Shown: positions 1 through 15,100, counted from the stretch's first letter. The stretch: DNA of 64,000 nt from Phoronis australis (GCA_002633005.1 NMRA01000429.1:62001-126000); one strand, 5' to 3'. Made by a program: numbers and translations. The notes: a model not told the origin generated them from the letters alone.

Positions 1-11
1 AATATACTTAC

Positions 12-117
12 CTACGCAATACGAACACAACGACACACAGACCAATAAGGACGAATACCAATGGACCACATATCGCACCGATTGTTTTTAGCAACGAAGA
101 CGTGCTGTAATCTCGCA
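12..117 (-). CDS. Gene A exon: transmembrane helix
   Basis: VRDYSTSSLLKTIGAICGPLVFVLIGLCVVVFVLR(R): hydrophobic span followed by basic stop-transfer residues; CAG acceptor 118-120, GTAAG donor 7-11; phase 1-2. Confidence 0.88.
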
Positions 118-3100
118 CTGTTGGGTTGGAACACATACATGTATACACATTTAACATCCACTACTCTGTCTTAATAATAACCAATTTGCTACAAATCAGG
201 ATAACTATGGGAATTGTTTTCACTTGCACTACCGACATATTTACAAATGGGTCTCGCATACTATTTCAGAGGTTGAGCAAACGCGTTGAAACTCGTCTGT
301 CTTTGTCGACATTATGTTAGAAATGGCGAACAAAGTTATTGTCACAATAAAATCGTTCTCGACGGTTGTTCACTATTGAGACAAAACACTACGCCTAACA
401 AAGTTACCTTCGACAAACTGGCCATCAGAGGCACCATCAACATCGAATACTTGGAAATGAGACTTCTTTTCCTGTCGAAAGTGAGGCATGTTTTATTAGT
501 GATTATTATTTATCGAAATGTTCCTTTGCGCAGGTGATTGCTTAGTCAAATTAGTTTAAAAAAATGATATGTGTTTATGAAAGTGTTGAAAACTGACAAA
601 TACTTTTAAGAGCAAGTTCTGTGCCGAAAATGATGGGCATTAAACCATTTCTCCGGGTGCAGTGACCATGGTGACGTGATGTTGGGGAATAACACTGCAT
701 GGTGCAGGCTATGTGAGCACACAAGGTACGTCATTATTGCAAAGGTCGCTTATTTGCAGAATTTTTTGTTATCACATTTACACGTGGTCAATGAATACAA
801 CTACACGATGTTTACAATAGCATGTCGTTCAGTGCCAGATACATATTAGCATAGTTATGAGTATGTAAATACATCATGAAGCGAGTAAAACACAGGAGTC
901 TTGGACACGACTGCTTTGTTCACTGCACTCCAGTACACACCAGGCCACAACGCACATAGCAAATTATCAATGAATATCTAGAGAACGAAGCCGACACGAT
1001 GGTATAATTAGACATGGACAGTAATTAGTACGACAGGCGCAGGTGTCTATTCTACAGCCAGTAATTACTGTAGAATTCTACCAAGGCGCCAATATTGAGC
1101 ATAATACAGAAATAATGACGCTTATGGAGTAAACAGTAGAAATAAGGAAAGGTAACGTAGGTTTTGAAACGCTAAGGTGTAAGAAGAGCCGTACAAGGAA
1201 GCTGCAGTTCCATATACAACATAACGGATATATGTGTGCCTGTTCATCAAATATACCACTTGTACTAGTCCAAAAATTTCTACGCTGCTGAGACATTGGC
1301 ACTTAATACTTACATCAGTATTCTCAAAAAAGACTCCGTAAAGAAACTTGTAGAGATATCCAGAGTCTAGCTCCACGTTCATGTAACCACCATAGTATTC
1401 CCCATCACCAACTACAAAGTCGACACCATCTTCTACGAAATCTGCTGTCAGCTTTGCCGCTATATAAAGTGGCTCCTGATTTCTCTGCGCTTCTGCATAC
1501 CCTTTTAACGACGATGCATCTACGACCACAGCTCGTCGTCGTTTAGAATGTTTTCTTCGAGTATTCACTACGATCATGTAGTACCTTTTGAGATACAAAA
1601 AAGGATTTTGATGTTGATTCAGGAAAGAACAAAGAGTTTGGAGAACAACGGTTGCCCAACAATGTCATGAATGGGGGATCGTCAAAGCAGGAACTAATAG
1701 GCTAAAACCTCACTTGATATACACGCCCTTGGTATAACCACTTGCTGGCGTTAGACGTATTTTCACAGTTGTGTCAGTCATGTCTTCCTTGGTTATCATC
1801 TGCAGTGCAAGGTCCGGTAAATCTGAAACATAAGTGGAAAGGTATCATAACAACATTCTGAAATTTCAAGGTTTCGTTTTTTATGACACGGATCGACAAT
1901 ATGTAACAAGCAACTGATAATAACAAACTGATAACTCGCTACCAATAATATTGGTCTCCAATTCTTATAATAGAGAAACAAGAAGACAACACATGTCGCA
2001 TTCGTGGCTAACAATCGTCCTTGATGCCTGAACGTAAGGTCCTGTGGTTGTGAGGCTCGTGTTGCTGAGTTTAAAGAAACGTCTCGTGACTGAAAGGGGA
2101 TACAACCATAGTTTTCAAATCACAACGTAATGAAAACTCATTATCGCACATATCTCGTGTCTCCTTACCTATAGAAATCCAATACTTTATTGCTTACCAA
2201 TCAAATCCGTTAAATAGTGTTTGCCTACCTCCATACCACGACAGAAACAATGGGTTAATCAAAAACCCCATCGACCCCCACATTCCACGACCCTAGACCC
2301 AATACCCCACGAACCACGGCATACAACACCTTCGACCCAAGACCTATGGAAATGGATACATTCTTGCACTTTATGTAATGACATTACTCAATTAGGTCGC
2401 TAAATGACTTTTCCACAACTCTTCATGATACCTATACGCAAATCTGCTTTGGCTCAAGTCTGGTGATAAAGAACATGATCTGAAATAGCGAATTGTGAAC
2501 GTGGTATCGTTGTCAAGGAAAGATGTTCCACGAGCACCTACCAATGGCCCTGTTCTTCTAAATTATGGGAGAGAATACACTAACGTGAAGGCATTTAATT
2601 TTTAATTTTATTGTTTGCCTTCCGTTATATACTCGTCTATCATGTTCTTCATGTAATGTTCAGATATTTTTTTAGTTCTCAGTTCGTTCTTCGAACTGTA
2701 TTTTCTAAAGAAATACTTCTTCGTCTGTTCCTCGCACTTCCCAACAAAAGCTTGAATATGCCAATCACTGAGAACCAGACAAGATGATAAAATTCTGTCA
2801 GCAACGGCATTTGTAGCGTTGGTAGGTCTTTGATTTGATTTGGTCGCTTTGTTTTTGTCTGTTCCCTTGGCTTTGAGACTTTCCGAATCGTCTCCCTTAA
2901 GTGCAAAACAAACAGGTAAAAACCAGCCGAGCTCACGGCCAGACTCGTTTATCCTGAAATTCAACGTCTGTTCCGAGTTCAAATCGAGTAGAACTTGTGT
3001 AGACTGTTTCGAAGAGTTGTGGGCCGTGTGTCGAGGTTGTCGTGGGTTCAGGGTGTCGATTGGGTTTCAGTACAATCAGAAATATGGCCATTTGGTCCAA

Positions 3101-6100
3101 TGGTTTAACACTATAAGGAGTCGAACCAAATTGCCAACACTTGTAGTGGAAAAAATACGGGAACGTTGATACCTTAGAAATTTGTGAATCTATGACTTGG
3201 ACAGTGTCTAACGATCTCGAGTTATGAAAATCTGTCCGACTCTCGGGCTGTGACAATTAATTTGCAGGTTACAATTTTGTTGTAGTCTAGAAAGTTTTAC
3301 CCAAAGTAAAGGATTTCAGCATTAGTTGTACAACCAAGAGTGCATTTTCTATGTTTTTTATTGAACAAAAACTATAATAGTAATATTCTGCCAAGTAAGC
3401 TGTGCTACTGATGAGCACATTGGTAATAATTACCGGGCAAAGCTGTCCAGCAGACTGTAGTTGCCGGTGGTCCAAAGCCAACGGATGTTTTTGCCGCTAC
3501 ATGAACCTTGTACGGTGTCCCAGGCTTCAGATTTGGAACCTCAAATTCCAAGATACTTGGTCCCACGGTCTTAGACAACAAACTCTCATCTCCGGTATTC
3601 CATGATATCTAAATGAAAAATTAATCGAGATTACGGAAACTGTTATATGGAAATTATAGATGTTTTAATATTTTTAATACCTTAACTTCAGGTCAAATAA
3701 ATTCAAGAGCTCTCAGGTCTTGAAAAACTCATTTAAAGTATTTCACGATATCTAATGCAAATGGTCAATATCTCATCAACGTGATGGGAATTAGTGCATG
3801 AACACGACATTAAACAAATATCATAGCATAGAACATAGAATTAGCCGATTTAGCAAACTGTGGCTTGCAGTTTTGCTCTCAACGATACCTGTCTTTTGTC
3901 AGTTACTTCGTTTTCTTTTTCTGAAACGGAGCTGCCCCCTGCTCCGACTATAACCTCGGCTGATTTGTCGTGAGGACTGTGATGCACTTAAGAGAAATAA
4001 TCTACAGGCTGTTCTTGAACTCCAAATTACTCTGTGTGAAGCTGACAGAGACGTTAATACAAATATGCCACCCTCAGATATTAACTTAATCTTTCTTTTT
4101 GGCTCGATAGCACTTTGAGCTCAAACATTTGTGGGGGATGTGGAGGTGGTAATGGTTCGTTTCCCACAATTTGCTGACACGAATGACAAACTGATTTTCT
4201 GATGTCCGTGGTGAAGTCGCTCGTCTAAACATGTGCAAATAACGCAGATAATTTACAAAATAAGCTTCCGAAATTTTCAAAACACATTCGTGACAAGACA
4301 ATGACCATAAATCATGTCATGTTTTGAAAGTAGTGGTTCTAATACAGGACTGACTCTTCTTGGAAGATTGTGTCTACGTGTTAGTTGACCCTCGGAGCAT
4401 CAAATCTATTGGTCAGCTTGTGTCTGGCGTTCATGCATCCGGAGGTTTTTCTTACAGTGTTCGGAAAATTTAGCTCTCCTTTAGCATGTGTTTAATCCGC
4501 TATATCAGTGAATAGAACTACGTGTTTCCTTCATTTCCAGGATTCGGATCAAAACTTGTCACTTTTTATACTTCCCTTACAATTAAAGCAGTTACCAAAA
4601 AGTTGTGTGAGGAGGCAGTGGTGGCCTGGTTGATAAGTGCCCGCTTTCTTTTCTCGAGGTCGTGGGTTCGAGTCCCACCAGGTCACACAGCTAAACCCTT
4701 GAGCCAGGTTTCTAGCTCCTCAGCTCGGTTTTAACCTTATATCAATGAAGCATAAAAATATTTCCAGGCGATCAATGCAATGGGCCCACATGCGAGGCTT
4801 GCGCACGTCTGGTACAACGTGTATCAGATCGCCTGCAACTATTTTTTTTAAAAAGGTTTTGTGGACATTTTCGAGAACACAGATTCTATTAGCCTTCAAA
4901 CATCGCTACGTTTCATCATTACCCCTCAGATTACACGGGCTTGGTAGCTAAACAAAATGTTCAACAATGCAAACACATAGGATCAAAACAAATCCCCAAA
5001 ACACCTAACTGAATGGTATCCACGAATGGTCTAATTAGGTGAAAATAAAAAAAATAAACCTATCGAGTGAAGTGATCGCAGTTTGCGTGTAGACCAATCT
5101 TTTGTCACAAACAGAAACAGCAAACGATAGGAGGCGCAGGAAAAACCGGCCGTTTAAAAATGGAGTGAAAAGGGATATAAAAAATTGGCGTAATTAAAAT
5201 TAAAATTTACAAACATAAACGTAAAGGGGTTTAAGTTAAAGCGTTCACGTATGACTGGAACTTTCAATACGTGGAAATCAGTGCTAAGATAATAGTGCTG
5301 CCGATTGATCGTGTTTAAATTTTCACAATTTTCGCCAATTCGCTAAGTGAAGTACATTAATCATCGCCGTCGTTAATCTCACTGTAATACATGCTTAGGC
5401 TTACTAACTTGATATTGTGTTAGGAATCCGTTTTTTCGACTTGGTTCAACCCAGTATACAGTTATTGTATGTTGGTTTCTTTCCTTGCAACCCACGGTGT
5501 TTGGCTTGTGGGGAACTGAAATTGGTATAAGCATATTAAACAAAACCAAACATAGAGACGACTCGTGTTCAATTTATAAAATGTGGTTGACACGACACGA
5601 CAAATGAAATGATCTTGGGACGTGTAAAAAAGTTTGAATTGCACCTACTAGAATCACCTCACCTCCTTGGATAATTTCATAAATAGAGCTGCTCCAGGAA
5701 CCCCAGTCAGTGGTCCTTGCTCTAATCTGAAAGACATACATTACGAAGTATGAAGTAAAGGCCTGTCTTCGTTTTGAACCCCTCAGTATCTTAGGCAATC
5801 GTAAAATACGCCATGTAAATCACACGTTCACAAACGCCATATTACGTTGGTAATCGATCACGTGTTGATGCGGTATTCACAGCTGACGTCATTGATGTAG
5901 ATGAGAATGATAGAACTTGAAGAAACACACATTGAGCATAGGGCCACTGCGGTATTACATATAACCCTAAATTTTTTAGCTTATTTAATATCTATCTCTC
6001 ATGGAAACGAAACAAGCATATTTAGGATAAATGACAACTTATGGTTCAAAATTGCCGCTGGCTGCGATGTCATTCTCACTATTAAAAAGCAAATCAACTC

Positions 6101-9100
6101 AGCAACAATGTAGAAAGCTTTTCGTTTTGCGTGAAACTCCAATCATCTGAACTGATTTCTGATGAATGAACGACCCTTCGCAGACGTATTTTTGTGATCT
6201 ATTCCGCTACATCTCATATGCTGTATTTAACACGATTTTGATTGATGGTATTGAACATGTGCATGTACAATTAAAACCAATCTCACCTTAAACTCATACT
6301 TGTTATTCATGTTGAGATTGCGAAGCGTCAAAGCAGAACAGTTCATACACGTCGTTATGTTGTGATCTGCAGAGACGTTGAGATTCTGAAGTTTCAGGTG
6401 ATATTCGCGTATGATGCCGTTAGGGGGGCACGGTGGACTCCAGCCAATAATGACCAACGTTGGGTTNAATCAGTGCTAAGATAATGGTGCTGCCGATTGA
6501 TCGTGTTTAAATTTTCACAATTTTCGCCAATTCGCTAAGTGAAGTACATTAATCATCGCCGTCGTTAATCTCACTGTAATACATGCTTAGGCTTACTAAC
6601 TTGATATTGTGTTAGGAATCCGTTTTTTCGACTTGGTTCAACCCAGTATACAGTTATTGTATGTTGGTTTCTTTCCTTGCAACCCACGGTGTTTGGCTTG
6701 TGGGGAACTGAAATTGGTATAAGCATATTAAACAAAACCAAACATAGAGACGACTCGTGTTCAATTTATAAAATGTGGTTGACACGACACGACAAATGAA
6801 ATGATCTTGGGACGTGTAAAAAAGTTTGAATTGCACCTACTAGAATCACCTCACCTCCTTGGATAATTTCATAAATAGAGCTGCTCCAGGAACCCCAGTC
6901 AGTGGTCTTTGCTCTAATCTGAAAGACATACATTACGAAGTATGAAGTAAAGGCCTGTCTTCGTTTTGAACCCCTCAGTATCTTAGGCAATCGTAAAATA
7001 CGCCATGTAAATCACACGTTCATAAACGCCATATTACGTTGGTAATCGATCACGTGTTGATGCGGTATTCACAGCTGACGTCATTGATGTAGATGAGAAT
7101 GATAGAACTTGAAGAAACACACATTGAGCATAAGGCCACTGCGGTATTACATATAACCCTAAATTTTTGAGCTTTTTTAATATCTCATGGAAACGAAACA
7201 AGCATATTTAGGATAAATGACAACTTATGGTTCCAAATTGCCGCTGGCTGCGATGTCATTCTCACTATTAAAAAGCAAATCAACTCAGCAACAATGTAGA
7301 AAGCTTTTCGTTTTGCGTGAAATTCCAATCATCTGAACTGATTTCTGATGAATGAACGACCCTTCGCAGACGTATTTTTGTGATCTATTCCGCTACTTCT
7401 CATATGCTGTATTTAACACGATTTTGATTGATGGTATTGAATATGTGCATGTACAATTAAAACCAATCTCACCTTAAACTCATACTTGTTATTCATGTTG
7501 AGATTGCGAAGCGTCAAAGTAGAACAGTTCATACACGTCGTTATGTTGTAATCTGCAGAGACGTTGAGATTCTGAAGTTTCAGGTGATATTCGCGTATGA
7601 TGCCGTTAGGGGGGCACGGTGGACTCCAGCCAATAATGACCAACGTTGGGTTTATTTGCACCACATTGAGGTTTGTTGGAGCCGGTGGAGCTGCATAACA
7701 CAAAAGTTGAAGAATTTTGTCTTATTTGAATGAAAAGGTACTTAGGCTACATATTTGGAAATTAAAAAAGATCAACTTTGACCCGGTTGACAGAAGATTT
7801 CTTACGTAGAAATAAGATGAAGCCCATTTATAGCTCCTCGGACACATTGATGATTTGGGGCTTGACAAGTGTTTTAATGGTTGTTTGCCAGTCTGAGAGC
7901 TGTCTGTTAGCGAGGAATGGATAACTGTGCTCTCTAGGCATGTTAGAAGTCTGAAGGATGGAACGATTTTGCACTCGAAACAGTTTCAATACTCCTAAGG
8001 GTGTCCAGGTGTGTTTGCCAGCGTTCACAGTGTCTGTCTAGGAAGTTCATTATTTCTCCCGATTGCTCACTCTAAGCTTAAACCTTCAGCATAACAACCT
8101 GACTGTCGGTCAGTAAAACTGGTGACTCCATGACCATCTCCAATTTCAGTGGCGAAACTGCGTGGAAGTACATGAATTTGCTTTATTTACTCCGTATTGA
8201 TGTTGTACTTGCTCTATGTGCGTGGGAACGAAATTTCTACATTATACTTCTTATTTTGATATACAAGCTAGAAATCACTGGTTTTAGTAACGGATCCATG
8301 CAAATGTACCACATTAATTGTACCTGCTTTGATGTTGTTAAAAAGTTCTACTTCCATGTTTTTTGTACATGCGTTTCACTGGTTGAAAATGTCGTCTGCA
8401 TGAGTTTTGCTTGTATTCCAAAGTACCCGGATACCATGACAACGGAATACATTCAAGCTTTCCAACTCCCCTACATGTAAGTGTCAGTCTACGTTAAGCC
8501 ATTTAAAATGACTTGATCATGATCGCTTGCCTCTTACATGACTGCCACCAAACCTAAAATTGTTACCTGAAATGTCATCCTACGAATTTAAACGAAGGTT
8601 CACTACAAATGTGCGTAATGGCCAGCTTGTAAAATGAGTCGAAATCAAACTTGGACTGGCTGCTGATGGCTGACAGAATACCCGATTACAATGGTAGCAG
8701 CATATACTTTAGCTTCTTTGTCAAATCTCTAAGTTTCAAGACAAGGTCCCTGCAACTGCTTTGATTGTGGTTGCCTCTTTCCAACATGCTTTATGTATCA
8801 TCCCAAAACTTCTCATTTCGTCCGGCTGACAATATTTGAACTGCGCCCAGTGACGATGGAAAAATGTAAGGACAAGGATTACCACTTTCGTCTGTAATAC
8901 CACGCATCCAACTAGTCCAAGTTCCAGCCAGTTCTCCGTTTACTGCACGCACTCTGAAGCTGTAAATCGCGTGGGGTTGGAGGCCGTCAAACTTCTTGGA
9001 ATGTTCACTGGTTGAGTTGTTGACAAACTCCCCAAAAAGACAAGGCGAAGCTTGTCTTTGTAGTTGGTAGACAAAGTTTGCTGCCGGTCCATTACGTGAT

Positions 9101-12100
9101 AAGCAGGGTGGACTTTGCCAAATGAATTTTAAGGAGTTAGTGGAAGAATCTGTAATTCTGACACTTTTAGGTGGTTCAGATGGTTCTGAAATCAAAATAA
9201 AATCACCAAACACGAACAGTTCATCAAATACATAATTATTTTGAATGGTTCACAATACCAGAGCAATCTAAGAGTCCCATCTATAAGTACAATGATAATG
9301 CTTTACAGAAAATTAATATAACACCAATTCCTTTATTTTTGGGGACATAAAACAGGAAGTGGTATCATCGTTAATCAATACATTTATATATTTCTAATTT
9401 TCGATTTTAACAACAATAATTTTCGAAGTCATCCACTTAAAGCTAAAGAAAACCAAGAGATTGATCTACTTACTTTAATGTTCGTGTCATGTGAACAGAC
9501 TGGACGAATTAAAGATTATTTTAGAAGTTACCGAACGAAAAAAGTCGCATAAGAATGTATGTTTACACTTCAATAACATTTACTAACGGGAATGAAGGGT
9601 ATACTTGGTGACTTTCTCTTCCTCCCCATCCAAGCTTAATGTTCTAGCCCGCACTCTTATTTCATAACCTGAGTACGGACGTAGGTTGCCCAGTGAAGTT
9701 GCTGGTTCAGTAGAGGTGGCCGTCTTGAGATACCCCGATGGTTGGTCTGCAACACTGCACGCTAGCACGTTGATGAGCTTGTACTGGATTATGTAGCTTT
9801 TCACAGGACACCCGTTGTTAACTGGCGCTGCCCATGTTAGGTTGATTGTATCATGCGTGATTGATGAGCTCACCAAAGTTCTTACTTTGTTGGCTTCTAA
9901 AGAAAAATAGAATCCCATAATTCAGTTTCAGTTAACCACTTAAACTTCATTAATTGTGCATTTTATAAATTTAGTAGGAAAAATTCAGAGTTAATTAACT
10001 GCGTGGACAGATAAATACATAACAGAGGGACCAGATTTAAAAGAGAGCTTCAGTGGGTCAACTAGTCATTGACCAATAAAATCATACACTGCTTTCACAA
10101 AAGTATCAACCCTTCAACACTTACACGTGCAACAAGAACAACCTAAAATGTTTGCATGAATTAAAAGCATAAAGTTCATGTAGCCTAACCGGAAGAAAAT
10201 ACTGTAGATTTCAGAATAAGCTAGGAGTAGTTTAACACAGCTTATAGACAAAATTATTTCAGCCGAACGTTTGTAACAAAAATATCATAGTTAAAATCAA
10301 AACCGATTTAATGTGACGATATTGTACCTAGTCTCACACAGATACGGTGCACGCATTACGTGCAGAATGTGGCTGGCACTGTGTTTTCTACAGGCGTTTT
10401 CTACAAACAAGCCTGTGACGTGCATAGGGAGAATGTCAATAATTTCAACATTTGGAAGCGGGCGATATTTTAGCGATTTTTCGCGTACATGGACACGCAA
10501 GACGACACGGACATGCGAACGGATTATGTAGAGACAGGTGGACAGGAACTAAGATTGTCAGAAGTTGATTGTCGGTTGTTCTGACAAAGATCTTTGAAAG
10601 AGAATCCAGATTCGAAATAATTTTTGACAAATACAAAAACTTTAAGAAACTTAACTTTCAATGAATTTTAATGCATGTTGGAAATCAGTAAAATCAGTCA
10701 CCCTTCTCCCACACAGAAAATTCCACAGACTTTATCAAACTCACTGGTAACCCCTGACTGATTTTGGATGTCGCAAGGGGATTACCCACAACCCTCGAAG
10801 AGGATACGCTACTGCAACGAAAGTCTTAATATTTAGTCACGTCCATTAGAGGTCCTTAAGTGGATAAAATTTTAAGAAAGTACATAGCTGAAAGCTGATT
10901 GCGACCTCAAAAATTATATTAAGTGCTCCCTCATACATCTACGTTCAGACGCGCATGTGTGTGACGTCATATTGTTTGTTGACCGGAAGTACAAGGTAGA
11001 GTAACATCCACGCACAGTATGAGGCTATTGAAATATATTGAACATCTTGAACTGAATACAGTGTAGATTTAGTGAACTTGCACATTTTGAGCAACGTGTA
11101 TTTCAGCTTACACTAACTAACAGTAACAAGTATAATTGGAACTAAATGGACACCTGGGGCGATGTTTGTGTACCAACACAATCGTTAACAACGCAGCACT
11201 AACACTGAATAAAGTCATAACGTCATTTTGCCTGTGAGGCAAACTTAAGGGCTTCAGGGAGTATAAGCTGGTCAGCTGTTATCAGTGATATGAATAGGCC
11301 TTGTCTGGACTCCAGCTGCAGGCAATAAACATGGTAATTAGATCTGACCAGTTGGGAACTACTTTCATTCACACTGGCTTCATTTAGCATGAAGTTGTCA
11401 ACTATCTCCCACAAAACTTGACCGATTTCTGTCACAAAAAATGTCCCTAACTCAATTTTTATGAGAAAATCAAATATGGACTCTGTTTCTCTCCTCAAAA
11501 AGGGCGAAAAATGATACCAAAACGTCCTAATTCTTCAGGCAGGTCTTATCTTACCATCTTACCACAATCAGATAAAAGTGCAATAAAGAGTAATTGGGCG
11601 GAAAGACCTGCTGTTTCTGACCATTCGGACTAATTTGCCTGATACAGCAATATAACGTTGTGTCAACAAGAATAACACCACTAAAATAAGAAGACTCGAA
11701 ATACTCACTTTTCTCGTTAATTATAGTCGACCACGCTTGTGAGATGTCGGAGTTCATGTCTTTGTTGTGTGCTTGTATTTTGAATGTCCACTCAGAGCAC
11801 CGTGTGGAGAGGAACACTCTTTCCAACGTGTTGTATGGTATGTTAGCTTCACTTGCCCAGTGAGACTGTGTACTGTTTTTGTAGTACATGGTGTACGTGC
11901 CTACATCGTCACATCGCCAGTCAGGCACCTACAACGTTCAGGAACAATGAGCATTTTTGGAAGAGATTTCCTATGAGATCTTAGTTTGATTCTTTTTGAA
12001 CTCGAAATAAGGACAACATGAACTAGGCAAACAGGGATCCAAAAATCTAGGAAGGTCCGAGAGGAAATGCAGTTTGAGTTTGAATGACAGTTTGACACAT

Positions 12101-15100
12101 ACAAATGAAGTAGTAGCAAGCGACATCTACAGGCTTCAAAACCAAACGTACTTTCCTGATCCACTTACATTCCACAACACACGAATTTCGTTTAATTCCG
12201 TGGTTAGCTTTAAGACTGGAAGTTGCGGAACTGAAATAAGATAATTATTGTCAAATGCTGAGAACTGACTGTACTTCGGGAACAGGTTTTGCAATTTGCA
12301 GATTTGATAGAAAAAGACACATTGAGTTATTGACAGTCTTTATTCCGTTTAGGTCATATGTTCGGAATAAAACTCTACACTCAATGGAACATTGATAAAG
12401 TAACTGACCAAGTGACGTGATTAAAAGGTACACAATATTTCAAACATATTTGTTTCATTCTCAAGTGGAGATAAAATGACACAGTTATGCCACCACAGAG
12501 CATAAGCTGGGGACAAAAACAGTGGGAAACGGCGGGTTTAAAATACTGCAAAGAAATGCCAAATGAAGGGGTTAACAGTCTAACGTGCGGCGCAGCATGT
12601 TTGCTGCTTATTCAAAACATCTCAAATGTAACCAAAATGAACCCGAATACTTCCAATCGCTGCACATCGTGCTCTACATTCGAACTTGACGTGTTTTCCA
12701 CAATTTCTTGACGGGTGATTTTAGATTTTAAATGCGTGACATGGCAGAAAATGATCTTGGGTGGCGCCATTTTGAAGATGAATATGTAACCGACTAGGAA
12801 AGACTGCAAACCATTTGATCAAGGTAACATTGTTTGATACTTGAAAGACGACATTCGTTCATAGGTCATACAAACTCATAAACAACACTACACGGGGCAA
12901 AGGGGCGGACTTTCAGTTTAGAAATGTTATTTTTCATAATCAGTTTGGAGGACTTAGCTTTCCCATGTTAAATAATAACATCAAGGTAATCATCGGGGTT
13001 ATAAACTTTAACATTATCCCTAGTGGTTTTCTTAATAGCGTGCTCGTCTTGGAAGTAATTATTGGACATGAGATTTCTGTAAAATACCTTTTGGTCACAC
13101 CAGTCCGACGTGCAAGGACTTCACAATGAATTTTGGATATGAATCGCTGAATATTGAGGTCTACAAAAGCATTGGGGGTAGCCTTTATTCACCAGGGTCT
13201 ACCTCTTGATTAAACAGTTGCCCGCAATTAGACGACCGTGACACCAAATACGCCCTCTTTAGGAAGTTGACCACAACGGGGACCTTATACCGATCAGCCA
13301 CTCGTTTTTGGCTTGAAGACAGAACCTTTATCAGTAGGCTTGTGATAAACTGATGCAGAAAATTCAAATGGAGAATGCTGCACAAGAACGTCCAAAAATG
13401 GAATCTTGTCATTTACAGGAAGCTCGTGGGTTAACTTCAAATACAATGTGACGTTCAAGTTCATCACGCACTGACAACAAGTCATCAAAAGCACAATAAA
13501 CAAAAGTATCATCTACATAATACATACATAAATAATACAAACAATCACTGATAAATAATGGATACATCAATGCTTTTATAGAAATCAATATAAAGTAACT
13601 GATGTCCAGAATTAATTGTGAAGTCCTTGCACGTCGGACTGGTGTGACAAAAAAGGTAATTTACAAAAAATGTCATGTCAAGTAATTACTTCTAAGGCGA
13701 ACACGCCAATAAGAAAATCATTAGGGATATTGTTAAAGTTTGTAAGCCTCGATGATTACCTGGATGTTATTATTTATTATTGGAGTAGGAAGGCCTCCAA
13801 CTTGGTCGTAAAAAATAACATTTCTAAAGGGAAAGTCTGTCCTGTTTCCCAGTGTACTGTTGTTCATGAGTTTGTACGCCCTGTGAACGAATGTCGTCGT
13901 TCAAATGTCAAACAATGATACATTGGTCAAACGGTTTCCAGTCTTTCCGGTCGGTTATCTATGCATCTTCAAAATGGCGCCATCCAAGATCATTTTCTGA
14001 AATGTCGCGAACGTAAAATCACCAGTCACGAAATTGTGGAAAACACGTCAATTAGGTACCTGGAGCACGATATGCTGCGATTGAAATATTTGAGTCCATG
14101 CTGAATGCATTTGGAATGCATATTTTGAATGAGCCGTAAACAGGGTGGCGCTGCACGTTACACTTGTTTGTGTGACTTTCCTGTTACCCCCCCATTCATC
14201 TGCCGTTCTTTGCAGTATTTCAAACCTCTTGTGTCCCACAGTGTATTTCTCCAGTTTCTGCTCTGCGGTGGCATTACTGGGTCATTTCATATCCACTTGG
14301 GAATGAAACAAGCATGTTTAGACATATCTTGTCCCTTTAAATCATGTCTCTTAGTTAGTTACTTCACCAATGTTCCATTTAGTAAAGAGTTTTATTCCGA
14401 ACATGTGAACGAAACGGAAAAAGACAGTCAACAACAGAAAATGTCTTGTGTTCAATGAATTCTGCAAATGTTGAGAAACTAAACCCCATGGTGTAACTTT
14501 CTGAATTTTACTTTTACAAAGAAAATGCCGTTTGTTGGCAAATAAAAAATATCGTTCGTAAGCAACTGCATAACAAATTCTTTTCAAAAGGCGTCTTCAC
14601 GCTGTAAGGACAGAGGTCACCAGCAGACACTTACGAGAAATGAAAAGGTAAAGATGTCTAGCCTGTAAGTCAATGTGATTGCTTAAAGCCATCGAGCAGG
14701 TGATTTAAGCATTATTTTCCTACGATATCCACTTAAATCTATGTGTATCCATGAACTTCAAACATATTATCTAATGTCTTACGCCCACACGCTAATGCTT
14801 CGGAAGTGGCATTTCCCACGTCATTGTTGTCGAGCTTTATTCTAATCCTTATTTTGTACTGGTTTGTTACGTCGTTCGATGGAATTGAAAACAACGAGAG
14901 GACATTGTCCACATCATTACTCTGCGTCCACTCAGTGGCCGATGTTAGTTTATATTCCACAATGTACTTGTGAACTGGTCCAACACCATGGTCAGTTCGG
15001 TCTGACCACGGACGCCAAGTCACAGTTATTTCAGTACGGCTCCGAGATATACTAGGTGGATGGGAAAGACGAGCAACTTCTGCAATAAAAAGACCCTCAA

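Larger units (their letters stand above)
5276..7652. repeat. Near-identical direct duplicate 5276-6466 / 6468-7652 joined by one N (probable allelic assembly overlap)
   Basis: Both copies begin aatcagtgctaagataat and end caacgttgggtt; N at 6467; only scattered SNPs and small indels; the junction truncates an exon. Confidence 0.9.

Noticed and set aside
4611-4690. tRNA gene
   Set aside because: A and B boxes are present but there is no acceptor stem or proper anticodon arm; better explained as a SINE head.
6287-6466. Apparent extra FN3 exon (tandem exon duplication or mutually exclusive exons)
   Set aside because: Truncated exactly at the N with no acceptor, and nearly identical to 7473-7652 including introns; the same pattern occurs at two other N joins.
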